A stretch of 27,823 nt of DNA from a virus (lineage: Duplodnaviria > Caudoviricetes): positions 1 to 27,823 of IMG/VR virus record IMGVR_UViG_3300025848_000155. One strand, written 5' to 3'. Shown here piece after piece: positions 1 through 9,289 of this stretch (position 1 is the first letter of the stretch; each line of letters opens with the position of its first letter). Position numbers and translations under genes: made by a program. The notes beneath the pieces are model-generated. The model saw nothing but the letters and a program-made list of their open reading frames with translations, was not told the origin of the DNA and searched no databases.

Positions 1-2
1 AT

Positions 3-143
3 GGCCCAAGTATTTGCCAGCGAATTGATCCGCCGTCAGCGAATTGGAAAGGAAAATACGCATGGGCGACTGATCACGAGTCGTTTTATGATCCAAAAGA
101 CGTCACCCATTGGATGCCGTTACCTGAAGCGCCTAAAGAATGA
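3..143 (+). CDS. 3' end of a DUF551-like phage protein (truncated by the window edge)
   Basis: Manual translation of frame 3 ends ...DPKDVTHWMPLPEAPKE*. VTHWMPLP is the typical DUF551 C-terminal motif. Its TGA overlaps the terminase ATG (ATGA, 140-143). Confidence 0.75.
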   Translation, partial: GPSICQRIDPPSANWKGKYAWATDHESFYDPKDVTHWMPLPEAPKE

Positions 144-1549
144 CTGAACCTGAAAATGTAGTTGTATGGGCCCCGCAGCCGGGTCCACAACAGGCGTTGG
201 TTGATTGTCCTTTGCCGCTGGTTGGCTATGGTGGTGCGCGTGGTGGCGGTAAGACTGACGGGGTTCTTGGTAAGTTTGGTATTCTAGCTGAAACGCTTGG
301 CGAGACGTTTAACGGCGTGTTCTTTCGTAAGGAGCTGCCACAGGCTGACGACCTGATTGAACGGGCTAAGCAGATATACTTGCCCTTAGAAGCGCATTAC
401 AACGACCAGAAGAAGCAATTTACGTTTAAGGGTGGTGGTCGGCTACGGTTTCGGCCATTGGCTAACAACGCTGACGCTGAAAAGTATCAGGGTCAGAATC
501 TAAGTCATGCGGCGGTTGAGGAAGCTGGTAACTATCCCACGCCTGAGCCGATATTTAAGCTGTTTGGTGCGCTGCGTGGTGGCCCGAATCCGCAGATCAT
601 ATTGACGTTTAACCCTGGCGGTAGTGGCCATCATTGGCTGAAGGAGCGGTTTATTAAGCCAGCACCGAAGGGTTGGCAGATCCTTCAGTGGGAAATCGGC
701 AACGGCAAGAAGATTGATTACATTTACATACCGAGTCGTGTTCACGACAATCGGATCTTGCTTGATAAGGACCCTGGCTACATCGACCGTTTGCACATGG
801 TTGGTAGTCCTGAGCTTGTTCGGGCGTGGCTTGAAGGTGACTTTGAAATCCACGAAGGCAGTTACTTTCCTGAGTTTAGTAGTAAGCACATCTTGGTGCC
901 GTTTACTGTGCCGAAGCATTGGCCTAAGTACCTTGGCTTTGACTGGGGCTATCGTAGTCCGTTTGCGGCGGTGTGGGGTTCGATTAGCAGCGGCAAGACG
1001 GATGATGGGCGGGAAATGGAAATCCCGAAAGGTGCCATCGTTATTTACCGCGAAATGTGGGGTCGGCAGATTGAAAACAAGGAACAGGCCGAACGTATAG
1101 CGTCGGTTAGCGTTGGTGAAAACGTCCATGCGGTGGCTGACCCGAGTATTTTTACTAGCCAGGGTGGTCCGAGTATTAACGACCAGTTCAACTTGGTGTT
1201 TAGTAAGTTTAAGCATCCCGCGTTTCGTGCGGCTGATAATGATCGCATATCGGGCTGGTCGCAGATACGGCGACGGTTACAGGCTAACCCCCCGATGCTT
1301 TATTTCTTTTCAACTTGTCCGTACCTGATAGAATCGGTTCCAGCGTTGCAGCTTGACCCGAAAAACCATGAAGATGCCGACAGCACAGGCGATGACCATG
1401 CCTGTGATGCGTTACGGTATCTTTGTAAGGAGCGTTTGCTGGAAGCCGCTTACGAAAAGCCAGTCGAAAAGTCAGTACATCGGGGTCGAGTGAAACTCCA
1501 GTTGTACATTAACCAAATTAGGTCAGAACAAAAACGGGCTCGTTTGTGA
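140..1549 (+). CDS. terL: Terminase large subunit
   Basis: N-terminal PQPGPQ motif, Walker A GGARGGGKT, Walker B-like AAVEEAG, coupling motif TFNPGG, nuclease motifs GFDWG and DHACDALRY. Lies directly upstream of the portal. Confidence 0.95.
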   Translation: MTEPENVVVWAPQPGPQQALVDCPLPLVGYGGARGGGKTDGVLGKFGILAETLGETFNGVFFRKELPQADDLIERAKQIYLPLEAHYNDQKKQFTFKGGGRLRFRPLANNADAEKYQGQNLSHAAVEEAGNYPTPEPIFKLFGALRGGPNPQIILTFNPGGSGHHWLKERFIKPAPKGWQILQWEIGNGKKIDYIYIPSRVHDNRILLDKDPGYIDRLHMVGSPELVRAWLEGDFEIHEGSYFPEFSSKHILVPFTVPKHWPKYLGFDWGYRSPFAAVWGSISSGKTDDGREMEIPKGAIVIYREMWGRQIENKEQAERIASVSVGENVHAVADPSIFTSQGGPSINDQFNLVFSKFKHPAFRAADNDRISGWSQIRRRLQANPPMLYFFSTCPYLIESVPALQLDPKNHEDADSTGDDHACDALRYLCKERLLEAAYEKPVEKSVHRGRVKLQLYINQIRSEQKRARL

Positions 1550-4002
1550 AAAGTAACGAAAAGTATACCGGCGCATGGTGGCACAGCCAACTTTCATCGG
1601 CTGAAAATCGTCACAGTAAGTTTTTTGAAGAAGCCAAGGAATCAATACAGATATACAAAGCACGAAAGGAAATGACCGACACGCAACGTCGGTTAAACGT
1701 GTGGTGGTATTTGGTTAATACGCTGTTACCTGCGTATTACAGCAGCACACCAAAGGCTGAAGTTAATTTGCGTAAGCGTACCGGCGCGATGAAGTACCAA
1801 CTTGGTGCGGTGGTGCTTGAGCGTAACACGCAGTACGCGATGGATGAGCATTTTGACTTTGATATGGTCGGCTACAATGCCGCGTTGCAGTTTTTGCTTA
1901 CGGGCCGGTCGATCTTATGGGCTCGGTATGTGGCTGAGTTTGAAAAGGAAGAAGTTGAATTTGCGCTGATTCGTGGCGCTGAAGGTGGATTGTTTAAGGC
2001 TGACGGTACGCCGTATGAAGGACCGGAAGATGAGTTGATTGTATCGCCTGAAGGTATGATCGTCGGCAAGATGGAAATGGAAGTTAAGGACGATGAAAAG
2101 GCGATCCTCGACTGTGTTCATTACCATGACTTTTTGACGAGTGATGCGCGTAACGAGTCTGAAATCGAGTGGATGGCGCGTCGTGCGTACATGAGCCGGT
2201 ACGAAGTCGAAGAAATGTTCGGCAAGGATGTCGCTAAGGATCTTAGCTTTGATAGTTATCCCGATGCGCTAAAGCGTGATCTTTACCAGGAGACGCAAAA
2301 GTATGAAGGAAAAGCCGAACTATACGAAATCTGGTGCAAAGAAAGTGATAAAGTTTACTGGCTCCAAAAAAAAGGCGAACAGTCGGTGTTGCAAGAAAGT
2401 GAGGTGCCGGTTGAGTTCGAAGGCTTTTGGCCGTGTTCCGTCATCAACCAGTCAACCGATCCCGACACCATCATTCCTGTGTCGGATTATGTCCATGTTA
2501 AAGACCAAATTCTGGAAGTAGAACGTATCACGACGCGGTTAGCGTCGGTGGTACAGGCGATTCGTACCAACGCGGTGTACGACGCAACGATGGGTCAGCA
2601 AGTGGAACAGTTGCTTCAGGGGGACTTGAAGTACATTCCCGTGATGAATTGGCCGAGCTATAAGGGTCGTGGTGGTCAAGCAAGCGGCATCGAATATCTG
2701 GATATTGGGCCGTATGTTCAAGCGATGGAAACGCTGCAAGCGGCGCGTACTTCGGCGCTTAATCAGCTTTATGAAACGCTGAAGGTTAGTGACTTACTGC
2801 GTGGCACATCGGCTGAGTATAAAACGGCTACGGCAAATAGACTTGAAAACGCATGGTCAAGCCTTGGGCTTATCGTGCGGCAGAATCAGTTTGCTAAGTT
2901 CGTTAGCGACGGAGTGAACAAGCTAGGGACGATTATTGCAAGTCAGTTTAGTCCCGAAGTGATGTTTGAAGTGGCTGACATTGATTCGCTGTTGGCACCA
3001 GTTATTCCGCAAGGCGATCCGCAGCAGATGATGATGGCGTCTGAAGCGATTAAGGCCGAAATCATGTCGGCGCTTCAAAACGAAGATGAGCGGTGTTACC
3101 GCATCAATATCGCAACCGACAGTATGGTTGCTTTGGATCAAGCGCAAGAAAAGGCTGACGGGCTGGATTTGCTCAATACGTGTGGTCAGTTCTTTCAGCA
3201 GATGCAGCAAATGATTGAACAGTATCCGGGCCTAGCCACGTTTGGCATGGAGCTGATGCAGAATATGGTGCGGCGCTTCAAGGGCGGTAAAGAGCTTGAT
3301 GCTGTGTTCGGCAGCGCATTGGCACAGGTCAAGATGATTGCTGATGAAAAGCAGCAAGCAGCGGCACAGCCACCGCCGCCCGATCCGATGCTTGAGCAGG
3401 TCAACGCCACCCGCGAGGCGAATCAAATGAAGTTCCAGATCGACCAGGCCAAGCTGCAAATTGATCAGCAGGAGTCGTATCAAAAAACGATGCAAGCGCA
3501 AGCCGAAGCGCAAGCGCGTATGCAGTCGGCACAGGTCGATGTTGAAATTGCGTACCGTAAAGCACAACTTGACGAGTATGTTGCACAGCAGAATTTGATG
3601 ATCGAGCAGTCAAAGCTGCAAATGAAACAACGCGAGTTGGAGCTTGAAATGATGCGTATTCAGGCTGAAGCCGCAGTTAAGGCTGATAGCACTGAAGCCA
3701 AGCGTGAGGCCGACCGTATCGCACAAATGATTGACTTGCAGCGGCTTGAGCTTGAAAACATCGCAGTACGGATGAAGGAATCGGAAAAGCTGCTTGAAGA
3801 ACGGCGATTGTCGCAAGAACAGGAGCTTGAAAAGCTGCGTATGGCGATGGATGCGCGTATGCAGATGTTAAGTCCGGGCGAACAAAAACAGCAACCGATT
3901 GTTATTAACAATGTCATCCCTAAAGCGTCTAAGCGGGTCGGCAAGATAAGCACTGATGACAAAGGTAATCCGTCAATCGAAATTGATAATGTTGAGGATT
4001 AA
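1546..4002 (+). CDS. Portal protein with long Q/E-rich C-terminal coiled coil
   Basis: 818 aa, GTG start overlapping the terL stop. KTATA motif, poly-Pro hinge and helical tail resemble P22-like podovirus portals. Position after terL. Confidence 0.85.
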   Translation: MKSNEKYTGAWWHSQLSSAENRHSKFFEEAKESIQIYKARKEMTDTQRRLNVWWYLVNTLLPAYYSSTPKAEVNLRKRTGAMKYQLGAVVLERNTQYAMDEHFDFDMVGYNAALQFLLTGRSILWARYVAEFEKEEVEFALIRGAEGGLFKADGTPYEGPEDELIVSPEGMIVGKMEMEVKDDEKAILDCVHYHDFLTSDARNESEIEWMARRAYMSRYEVEEMFGKDVAKDLSFDSYPDALKRDLYQETQKYEGKAELYEIWCKESDKVYWLQKKGEQSVLQESEVPVEFEGFWPCSVINQSTDPDTIIPVSDYVHVKDQILEVERITTRLASVVQAIRTNAVYDATMGQQVEQLLQGDLKYIPVMNWPSYKGRGGQASGIEYLDIGPYVQAMETLQAARTSALNQLYETLKVSDLLRGTSAEYKTATANRLENAWSSLGLIVRQNQFAKFVSDGVNKLGTIIASQFSPEVMFEVADIDSLLAPVIPQGDPQQMMMASEAIKAEIMSALQNEDERCYRINIATDSMVALDQAQEKADGLDLLNTCGQFFQQMQQMIEQYPGLATFGMELMQNMVRRFKGGKELDAVFGSALAQVKMIADEKQQAAAQPPPPDPMLEQVNATREANQMKFQIDQAKLQIDQQESYQKTMQAQAEAQARMQSAQVDVEIAYRKAQLDEYVAQQNLMIEQSKLQMKQRELELEMMRIQAEAAVKADSTEAKREADRIAQMIDLQRLELENIAVRMKESEKLLEERRLSQEQELEKLRMAMDARMQMLSPGEQKQQPIVINNVIPKASKRVGKISTDDKGNPSIEIDNVED

Positions 4003-4004
4003 CC

Positions 4005-5600
4005 GTGGCCGATAACGTAACTGTATCTAATGCGCCGACAAGTGTTAATGCCGACATCCCAGTTCGGTCGATTGACAAAAGCGGCGAGCAAATACAGGTT
4101 GTAGCAATTGACTACGGCGGGGCTGGCGCTGAAAACTTAACAGTGCCGGACTTTGCAACGGAAACCACGTTGCAAGAAATCAAAGCATCAAACAATGATA
4201 TTTCAACTTATACCGGAGACATTTATACCGCTCTTTCAACCGGCCAGGTGTCGGTAAAATCCAGCGGAAGCGATATTCTTGGCGTTGCGGTCAGCGGCAC
4301 ACGCAACAATCAAATTGAAATTAGTTTCTTTTCCACGTTTGATACCGCAGTAATTACCAACACAACTACCAGCACCGGTTCAGCAACGATTGCAAATGGT
4401 CATGCTCTATACGCAACGGGCACCGGGACATCGGCAACAGCCAAAGGTGTATCGGTGCAAACCTTGGCCTATCGTCCAGCGCATGAGGAATATGCTTATT
4501 TCAGTGCTGCATTTACAGCGCCAACAAGTTCAAATTCCGATCAACGAATTGGGCTTTACGATGCCAACAATGGCTATTTTATCGGCTACAAAGGCACAAC
4601 GTTTGGGGTGACTCAACGCACAGCCGCCGTTGATACGTTCACAGCGCGAACAAGTTGGAACGGGGATTTGCTTACAGGCGCAATCGGCTCAGCTTTTACA
4701 AGGGCTGGAATACCAGAAGCAATCAATCTAGCCTACAGTAATTTATTCCGCATCCGTTTTGCTTGGCTTGGTTCGGCATCAGTCATTTTTGATGTATTCA
4801 GTCCAGATGGTGCGTGGGTAACATTCCACACATTTAGAATCCCCAATAGTCAACTAAATCCTCACGTTGCCACACCCAACTTGCCAATGACGGTGGAAGC
4901 ATTGAAGGCAAGTGCTGATGCTACCAACTTGACGGTATATACAGCTTGTTGGGCGGGTGGAACAACGAGCGAGTATAGTAAAATTACTGACTCACTGACC
5001 GACAACACGCTTGCTGGTTTAACTCGTTCAGTTATTACAGGACGCACAACGGCAGGTGGTAGCGGATACGTTAATGTCAAAGTGAATCCAAGCGGTGCAT
5101 TAACAACTGCAACAAGCATTGAAGATATCAGTGCAGTTGACGGGCAAAAGACAATGGCATTGTCGTTTCCGGTTGTAATTGCCAGCGATCAATCAATTTT
5201 GACGGCTAACGTTGATGGGTCATTTGTTGGCATCAATGACATTACAAACATCGTTGGGCAACAAAACTTAGCAAACAGTATCCCGGTTGCTATTGCTTCA
5301 AATCAGATATTACCTACCTACGGCGCAGGTGCCCAAGTTACAGCAGGAAAATTAACAGTCGCAGTTGCGGGAACGGCAACTAGAATTACTACATCGACAA
5401 CTGTAATTTATCGGTTAGATTTGCGCGCCGCGCTAACAAACAATGGAACAATTTATGTCGGTGGAACCGGCGTTAGTGCTGCAACAGGTTTTTTTCTTTT
5501 GCCGGGCGAGACATATCATCTAGAAATTAACAATCTTGCCGCTGTTTATTTTGATGCCAGCGTTAGTGGTGACGCTGTACATTACGTGTACACACAGTAA
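4005..5600 (+). CDS. Putative virion fibre/adhesin with lectin-like beta domain
   Basis: 531 aa, T/S/A/G-rich and beta-like. Central segment (RIGLYDANNGYF...WNGD...WLGSASV...PNLP) resembles a recurring phage structural domain. Contains an internal 38-aa repeat. Confidence 0.55.
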   Translation: MADNVTVSNAPTSVNADIPVRSIDKSGEQIQVVAIDYGGAGAENLTVPDFATETTLQEIKASNNDISTYTGDIYTALSTGQVSVKSSGSDILGVAVSGTRNNQIEISFFSTFDTAVITNTTTSTGSATIANGHALYATGTGTSATAKGVSVQTLAYRPAHEEYAYFSAAFTAPTSSNSDQRIGLYDANNGYFIGYKGTTFGVTQRTAAVDTFTARTSWNGDLLTGAIGSAFTRAGIPEAINLAYSNLFRIRFAWLGSASVIFDVFSPDGAWVTFHTFRIPNSQLNPHVATPNLPMTVEALKASADATNLTVYTACWAGGTTSEYSKITDSLTDNTLAGLTRSVITGRTTAGGSGYVNVKVNPSGALTTATSIEDISAVDGQKTMALSFPVVIASDQSILTANVDGSFVGINDITNIVGQQNLANSIPVAIASNQILPTYGAGAQVTAGKLTVAVAGTATRITTSTTVIYRLDLRAALTNNGTIYVGGTGVSAATGFFLLPGETYHLEINNLAAVYFDASVSGDAVHYVYTQ

Positions 5601-6523
5601 TGAATTACACACAAATTTTACCAGTTAGTGCGTACGGGCGGGGTCTTTTCGGCCCCGGTCGTGATGGCAGTTTAACAATTGCTGGAGCTACTACGTTTAC
5701 GCGGTCGTATAATTTGACGACCTTGACAGTAAACACGTTGATAACACTGACGGCTAATGCGGTACGTATTCACGCAAATACAAGTGTCACAGTTAATGGG
5801 ATCATTACTGCGTCGGGGAATACAGGCGCGGCAGGTGTTGGGTTGAGTGGTGGTACAGGCGCAAGTCCACTTTTGAATTATGACTTTGGCCAGGCTGCGT
5901 CTGGTGGAAAGGGCGGAAACGGACAAGTTGCAGCGGGGCTAAGTGGATCGAACGGATCTAGCACATTGGGCGCTGGTGGAAACGGTGCGGGTGGCGGAAA
6001 GGGCGGAAACGGTGCGGGTGGCGCGGGTGGTGGTAGCGGCGGCGGTGGATCGTGCGGTTCAAGACCACCAGCATTTATTTCTGCAACGTATTACGGAACA
6101 AGTTTGACTGGTTTCGGCGCGGGTGGCGGCGGCGGCGGCGGTGGTGCTGGTGACAGTGTTGTGAATACTGGCGGTGGCGCGGGTGGTGGTGGTTCTGGTG
6201 CTGGAATTATTTGGATTGCAGCAAAGGCGATTACAATCAACGCTGGCGGGGTTATTCGTGCAAACGGTGGCGCTGGTGGCACTGGGGCAACAGTGCTTGG
6301 CTTAAACTGTGGTGGCGGCGGTGGCGGCGGCGGCGGTGGCGGCGGATTGATTGTTCTAATGTACGAATCCTTGACAAATAACGGCACAATTGAGGCGCTT
6401 GGTGGCGCGGCGGGCGCTGGCGGTGCTGGTGGCGGTGGAACAGGCGTGGCTGGAACAAACGGCACCGCTGGAGCCGCTGGCGTTATTATTAAGTACAATA
6501 TGCGTTTGGATAGGTTTGAATGA
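5600..6523 (+). CDS. Glycine-rich virion protein (polyglycine-type adhesin candidate)
   Basis: 307 aa with many GxxG segments and poly-Gly tracts separated by short hydrophobic strands (IIWIAA, LIVLMY). Coupled to the upstream gene by a TAATG overlap. Confidence 0.65.
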   Translation: MNYTQILPVSAYGRGLFGPGRDGSLTIAGATTFTRSYNLTTLTVNTLITLTANAVRIHANTSVTVNGIITASGNTGAAGVGLSGGTGASPLLNYDFGQAASGGKGGNGQVAAGLSGSNGSSTLGAGGNGAGGGKGGNGAGGAGGGSGGGGSCGSRPPAFISATYYGTSLTGFGAGGGGGGGGAGDSVVNTGGGAGGGGSGAGIIWIAAKAITINAGGVIRANGGAGGTGATVLGLNCGGGGGGGGGGGGLIVLMYESLTNNGTIEALGGAAGAGGAGGGGTGVAGTNGTAGAAGVIIKYNMRLDRFE

Positions 6524-6831
6524 GCCTATTTTTATTGCTCAATCCGAAACAATACGGCGGCGAAATTATCAGCCCCGATACATCGGATATTCTTGATGTT
6601 TATCGCAAACGTCGGAAGAAACGCGATGAAGAAGCAATTGAAGAGCAAATTGCGGCGCAGTTACTACAAGCGCGTTTGCAGGATGTGGTGATACCCGAGT
6701 ATGTATCGCCCGTAAAACTAGCGGAAACGCTTGCTGCTAAGTTTAGTGATGTTGGTCCGGGGGAATTAACGGGTCAGGCCAGAGCGGAAAGGATGAAGTA
6801 TCTGCTACTGATGCTGGCAATAGACGATTAA
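6520..6831 (+). CDS. Hypothetical phage protein
   Basis: 103 aa, ATGA overlap with the upstream gene, basic patch RKRRKKR, hydrophobic C-terminus LLLMLAIDD. Confidence 0.7.
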   Translation: MSLFLLLNPKQYGGEIISPDTSDILDVYRKRRKKRDEEAIEEQIAAQLLQARLQDVVIPEYVSPVKLAETLAAKFSDVGPGELTGQARAERMKYLLLMLAIDD

Positions 6832-6863
6832 AAAAGCCCCGGCGTTGGGGGTAACGCCAGGGC
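6830..6863 (-). terminator. Rho-independent terminator-like hairpin, antisense to the late operon
   Basis: The minus strand reads GCCCTGGCGTT-ACCCCC-AACGCCGGGGC-TTTTTT: an 11-bp stem with one G-U pair followed by U6. On + the same position is a C-A mismatch and there is no U tract. Confidence 0.6.
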
Positions 6864-6915
6864 AACGAATCAATGTGCTTACAGACGTAAAGAGCCTAAA
6901 CGATAAGGGGCTGTT

Positions 6916-7245
6916 ATGTCTAGTAATAAAAGTTGGCCATCCCGATTTGGAACTTTGGGCGACAAAGTGTTCGGGAATGATGATCCATTCAATGACGCTG
7001 ATTACAGCGCGAACAACCGCAACATCATCAACGATGAAATGCCACCAACCCGTTCACCGATAACGGGCAAAATCTATACGTCTAAAGCTGCATTACGGGC
7101 TGAATACAAAGCATACGGCGCTACCGAAATAGGTACGGCGTATGACAATGGCTACAGCCCGGAAAAGCACAAAGAACGTACAGAAAGTGAGTTTGTAAAA
7201 CGGTTGAAAGACCAAATAATTGATAGGTACAGAAATGGACGATAA
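6916..7245 (+). CDS. Hypothetical head-module protein
   Basis: 109 aa, AAGGGG upstream. The SPITGKIYTSK...EIG pattern resembles small genes found before scaffolds in podoviruses. Confidence 0.7.
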   Translation: MSSNKSWPSRFGTLGDKVFGNDDPFNDADYSANNRNIINDEMPPTRSPITGKIYTSKAALRAEYKAYGATEIGTAYDNGYSPEKHKERTESEFVKRLKDQIIDRYRNGR

Positions 7246-8296
7246 TACCCCCGAAACAACAGAAGCCACCGAAGTTGTAGCCGATACCGGCAAAGTTGGC
7301 GTTAGCTTGCGCGAAACGCTGCAAAGCAGGTTTGTGGCGGAAGATGAAGCGGCCAAAGTCGCACCGTCATCGCCCGAACAAGCGGCACAGATTGAAAAGG
7401 TCGAGCCAAAAGCAACGCCGACTGAAGCACCTGTGACACCGCCTGAGCAGCAGCGTGTTGCCATCGCGCCACCGGCTGATATGCGGAAAGACGAACGTGA
7501 GGCGTTTCTAAATCCAACCGCTGAAAACGCCCATATCTTGCAGGGTTATTTGTCGCGGCGTGGTCTCGAAACGCAACGGTACTTTCAGCAAAAAACGACT
7601 GAGCTTGAGCAAGCACGGCAACGTGTCGCTGGTCTTACTGACGTAATTTCGCAGTATGAGCCCGAATACGCTAAGTACGGCATGAACATCGCTGACGTTA
7701 CCCGCCGTAGTATCGAGTGGGATCGGGCCATGCAAGCAAACCCACGGCAAGCCGCGCTTGAGTGGCTTGGCGCGTATGGGTTATCGGTCGAAGATTTGGT
7801 GGAACACGCTCAAAACGGGGGTGTGTTGCCGCAGCAGGAACAGCCAAAGTACCTAACTGCCCAAGAAGCCGAAGCGATTGCACAGCAAAAGATTGAAGCA
7901 CTTTTGGAACAACAGCAGCAGAGCGTACTTGCACACCAGAATTATCAGGCTGTACAATCGTTCATAGCCAACAAGCCGCTGTTTCGTGACCCTGGCACAG
8001 CCTCACAACTTGAGTCCGCCATGGCCCCGATTGTAGCAGCTTTAACTGGTAACGGTCAGTCGCCCCAGGAAATACTGGAGACTGCTTATCAATACGTTAC
8101 CAAGGGCGATCCCAACTTTGCTGCTTTGGCCCAACGGCTTGAAGCGCCGCAAGTTGTAGAACAAAAAGTCCGTGAAACCGAAAAGGCGAAACGGGCGACG
8201 AAATCAATTACGGGTTCCGCAGGTAGCGGCAGTCCCCGACTACAGACAAAAGACATACGTTCAAACCTTCAGCGTCGTTTTTACGGCGGTGATTAA
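7235..8296 (+). CDS. Putative capsid scaffolding protein
   Basis: Acidic, disordered N-terminus, helical Q/E/A-rich body, basic C-terminus. Immediately upstream of the capsid gene. I prefer the ATG at 7235 to the TTG at 7220. Confidence 0.7.
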   Translation: MDDNTPETTEATEVVADTGKVGVSLRETLQSRFVAEDEAAKVAPSSPEQAAQIEKVEPKATPTEAPVTPPEQQRVAIAPPADMRKDEREAFLNPTAENAHILQGYLSRRGLETQRYFQQKTTELEQARQRVAGLTDVISQYEPEYAKYGMNIADVTRRSIEWDRAMQANPRQAALEWLGAYGLSVEDLVEHAQNGGVLPQQEQPKYLTAQEAEAIAQQKIEALLEQQQQSVLAHQNYQAVQSFIANKPLFRDPGTASQLESAMAPIVAALTGNGQSPQEILETAYQYVTKGDPNFAALAQRLEAPQVVEQKVRETEKAKRATKSITGSAGSGSPRLQTKDIRSNLQRRFYGGD

Positions 8297-8312
8297 AGGA
8301 GTTTAATTTTTT

Positions 8313-9269
8313 ATGGCTAATTTAGAAGAAGCAGTAGTAGCCACCCTGTTCGATCAGAGTGATGCTATTGCGGATGAAATATTGCACCACAATCCGGTTC
8401 TTGCTTCGTTGCAGGATCAGGGTTTGGTTCGTCGGTTCAGCGGTGGATATGAGCTGCGGAAACCGATCATGTATAACGATTCTGCCGTTGGCGGGTTCTA
8501 TAGCGGCTTTTCGTCGTTCAACCTTGACGCGATTGATGATTTCACCGCGTTTCGGTTTGCGATTAAGCAGTGCTATGAGCCTGTTGCCATTTCTGGCCGG
8601 GATCGTCGTGCTAACCGCGATGAAGCGCAGCTTTTGGATCTTGTCGAAACCAAGATGAAAGCGGCGATTGCGCGGCTTAAAAATACCGTGTCTACCTCGC
8701 TCCGTGGCGATGGTACTGGTACTGGCGGGTTGGAGTTTGACGGTCTTAAAAAGGCTGTTTCGACCTCGCCGACTTCCGGTACTTACGGATCGATTGATCG
8801 TGCGACGAACACTTTCGCGCAGAACGTGGCGGTGAACGTCACGCTCAGTGCGTCGAACGTGCAGGAGCAGATTACCGATGCGATTAGCCGTGTGACCCGT
8901 GGCGATGACATGCCGGATCTTGGAATCATGGATCGGACTGCGTGGAAGTTCCTCCATTCGTCCCTTACCGCGATTCAGCGAATTCAGCTTCCGACTAAGA
9001 AGGCTGTGGCGGGTTTCCGCGCACTTTCTTACGACGGATGTGACTTCGTATTTGACGGCGGTTACAACAGCTCGGTGCTTGAAACCAACTCGTGCAGACT
9101 TCTGAACACGAAGTATTGGACCATGGATCTTGTCCGTGGTGCTGACTTCAAACCGTTGTCGCCCGATATGGCTCGTCCGGTTGACCAAGATGCGAATTTC
9201 ACGGTTATCATCGTGGAAGGAAATCTTTGTTGCTCGGCTCCGGCGCTGCAAGCTGTTATTTACGCTTAA
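8313..9269 (+). CDS. Major capsid protein
   Basis: 318 aa, strong RBS AAAGGAG, biased codon use, GDGTG..G..FDGL motif typical of HK97-fold podovirus capsid proteins. Follows the scaffold. Confidence 0.88.
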   Translation: MANLEEAVVATLFDQSDAIADEILHHNPVLASLQDQGLVRRFSGGYELRKPIMYNDSAVGGFYSGFSSFNLDAIDDFTAFRFAIKQCYEPVAISGRDRRANRDEAQLLDLVETKMKAAIARLKNTVSTSLRGDGTGTGGLEFDGLKKAVSTSPTSGTYGSIDRATNTFAQNVAVNVTLSASNVQEQITDAISRVTRGDDMPDLGIMDRTAWKFLHSSLTAIQRIQLPTKKAVAGFRALSYDGCDFVFDGGYNSSVLETNSCRLLNTKYWTMDLVRGADFKPLSPDMARPVDQDANFTVIIVEGNLCCSAPALQAVIYA

Positions 9270-9289
9270 TAGTTAAAGGAGATTGAGTT

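Noticed and set aside
6091-6498. Poly-proline ORF on the minus strand
   Set aside because: It is simply the reverse complement of the GGN glycine codons.
6845-7063. 72-aa ORF with a TTG start
   Set aside because: It starts inside the hairpin and overlaps the better-supported 6916 gene out of frame.
8322-9251. 309-aa antisense ORF spanning the capsid gene
   Set aside because: It is the codon-aligned mirror of a strongly biased gene that avoids TTA/CTA/TCA. It has no RBS and no protein-like features.
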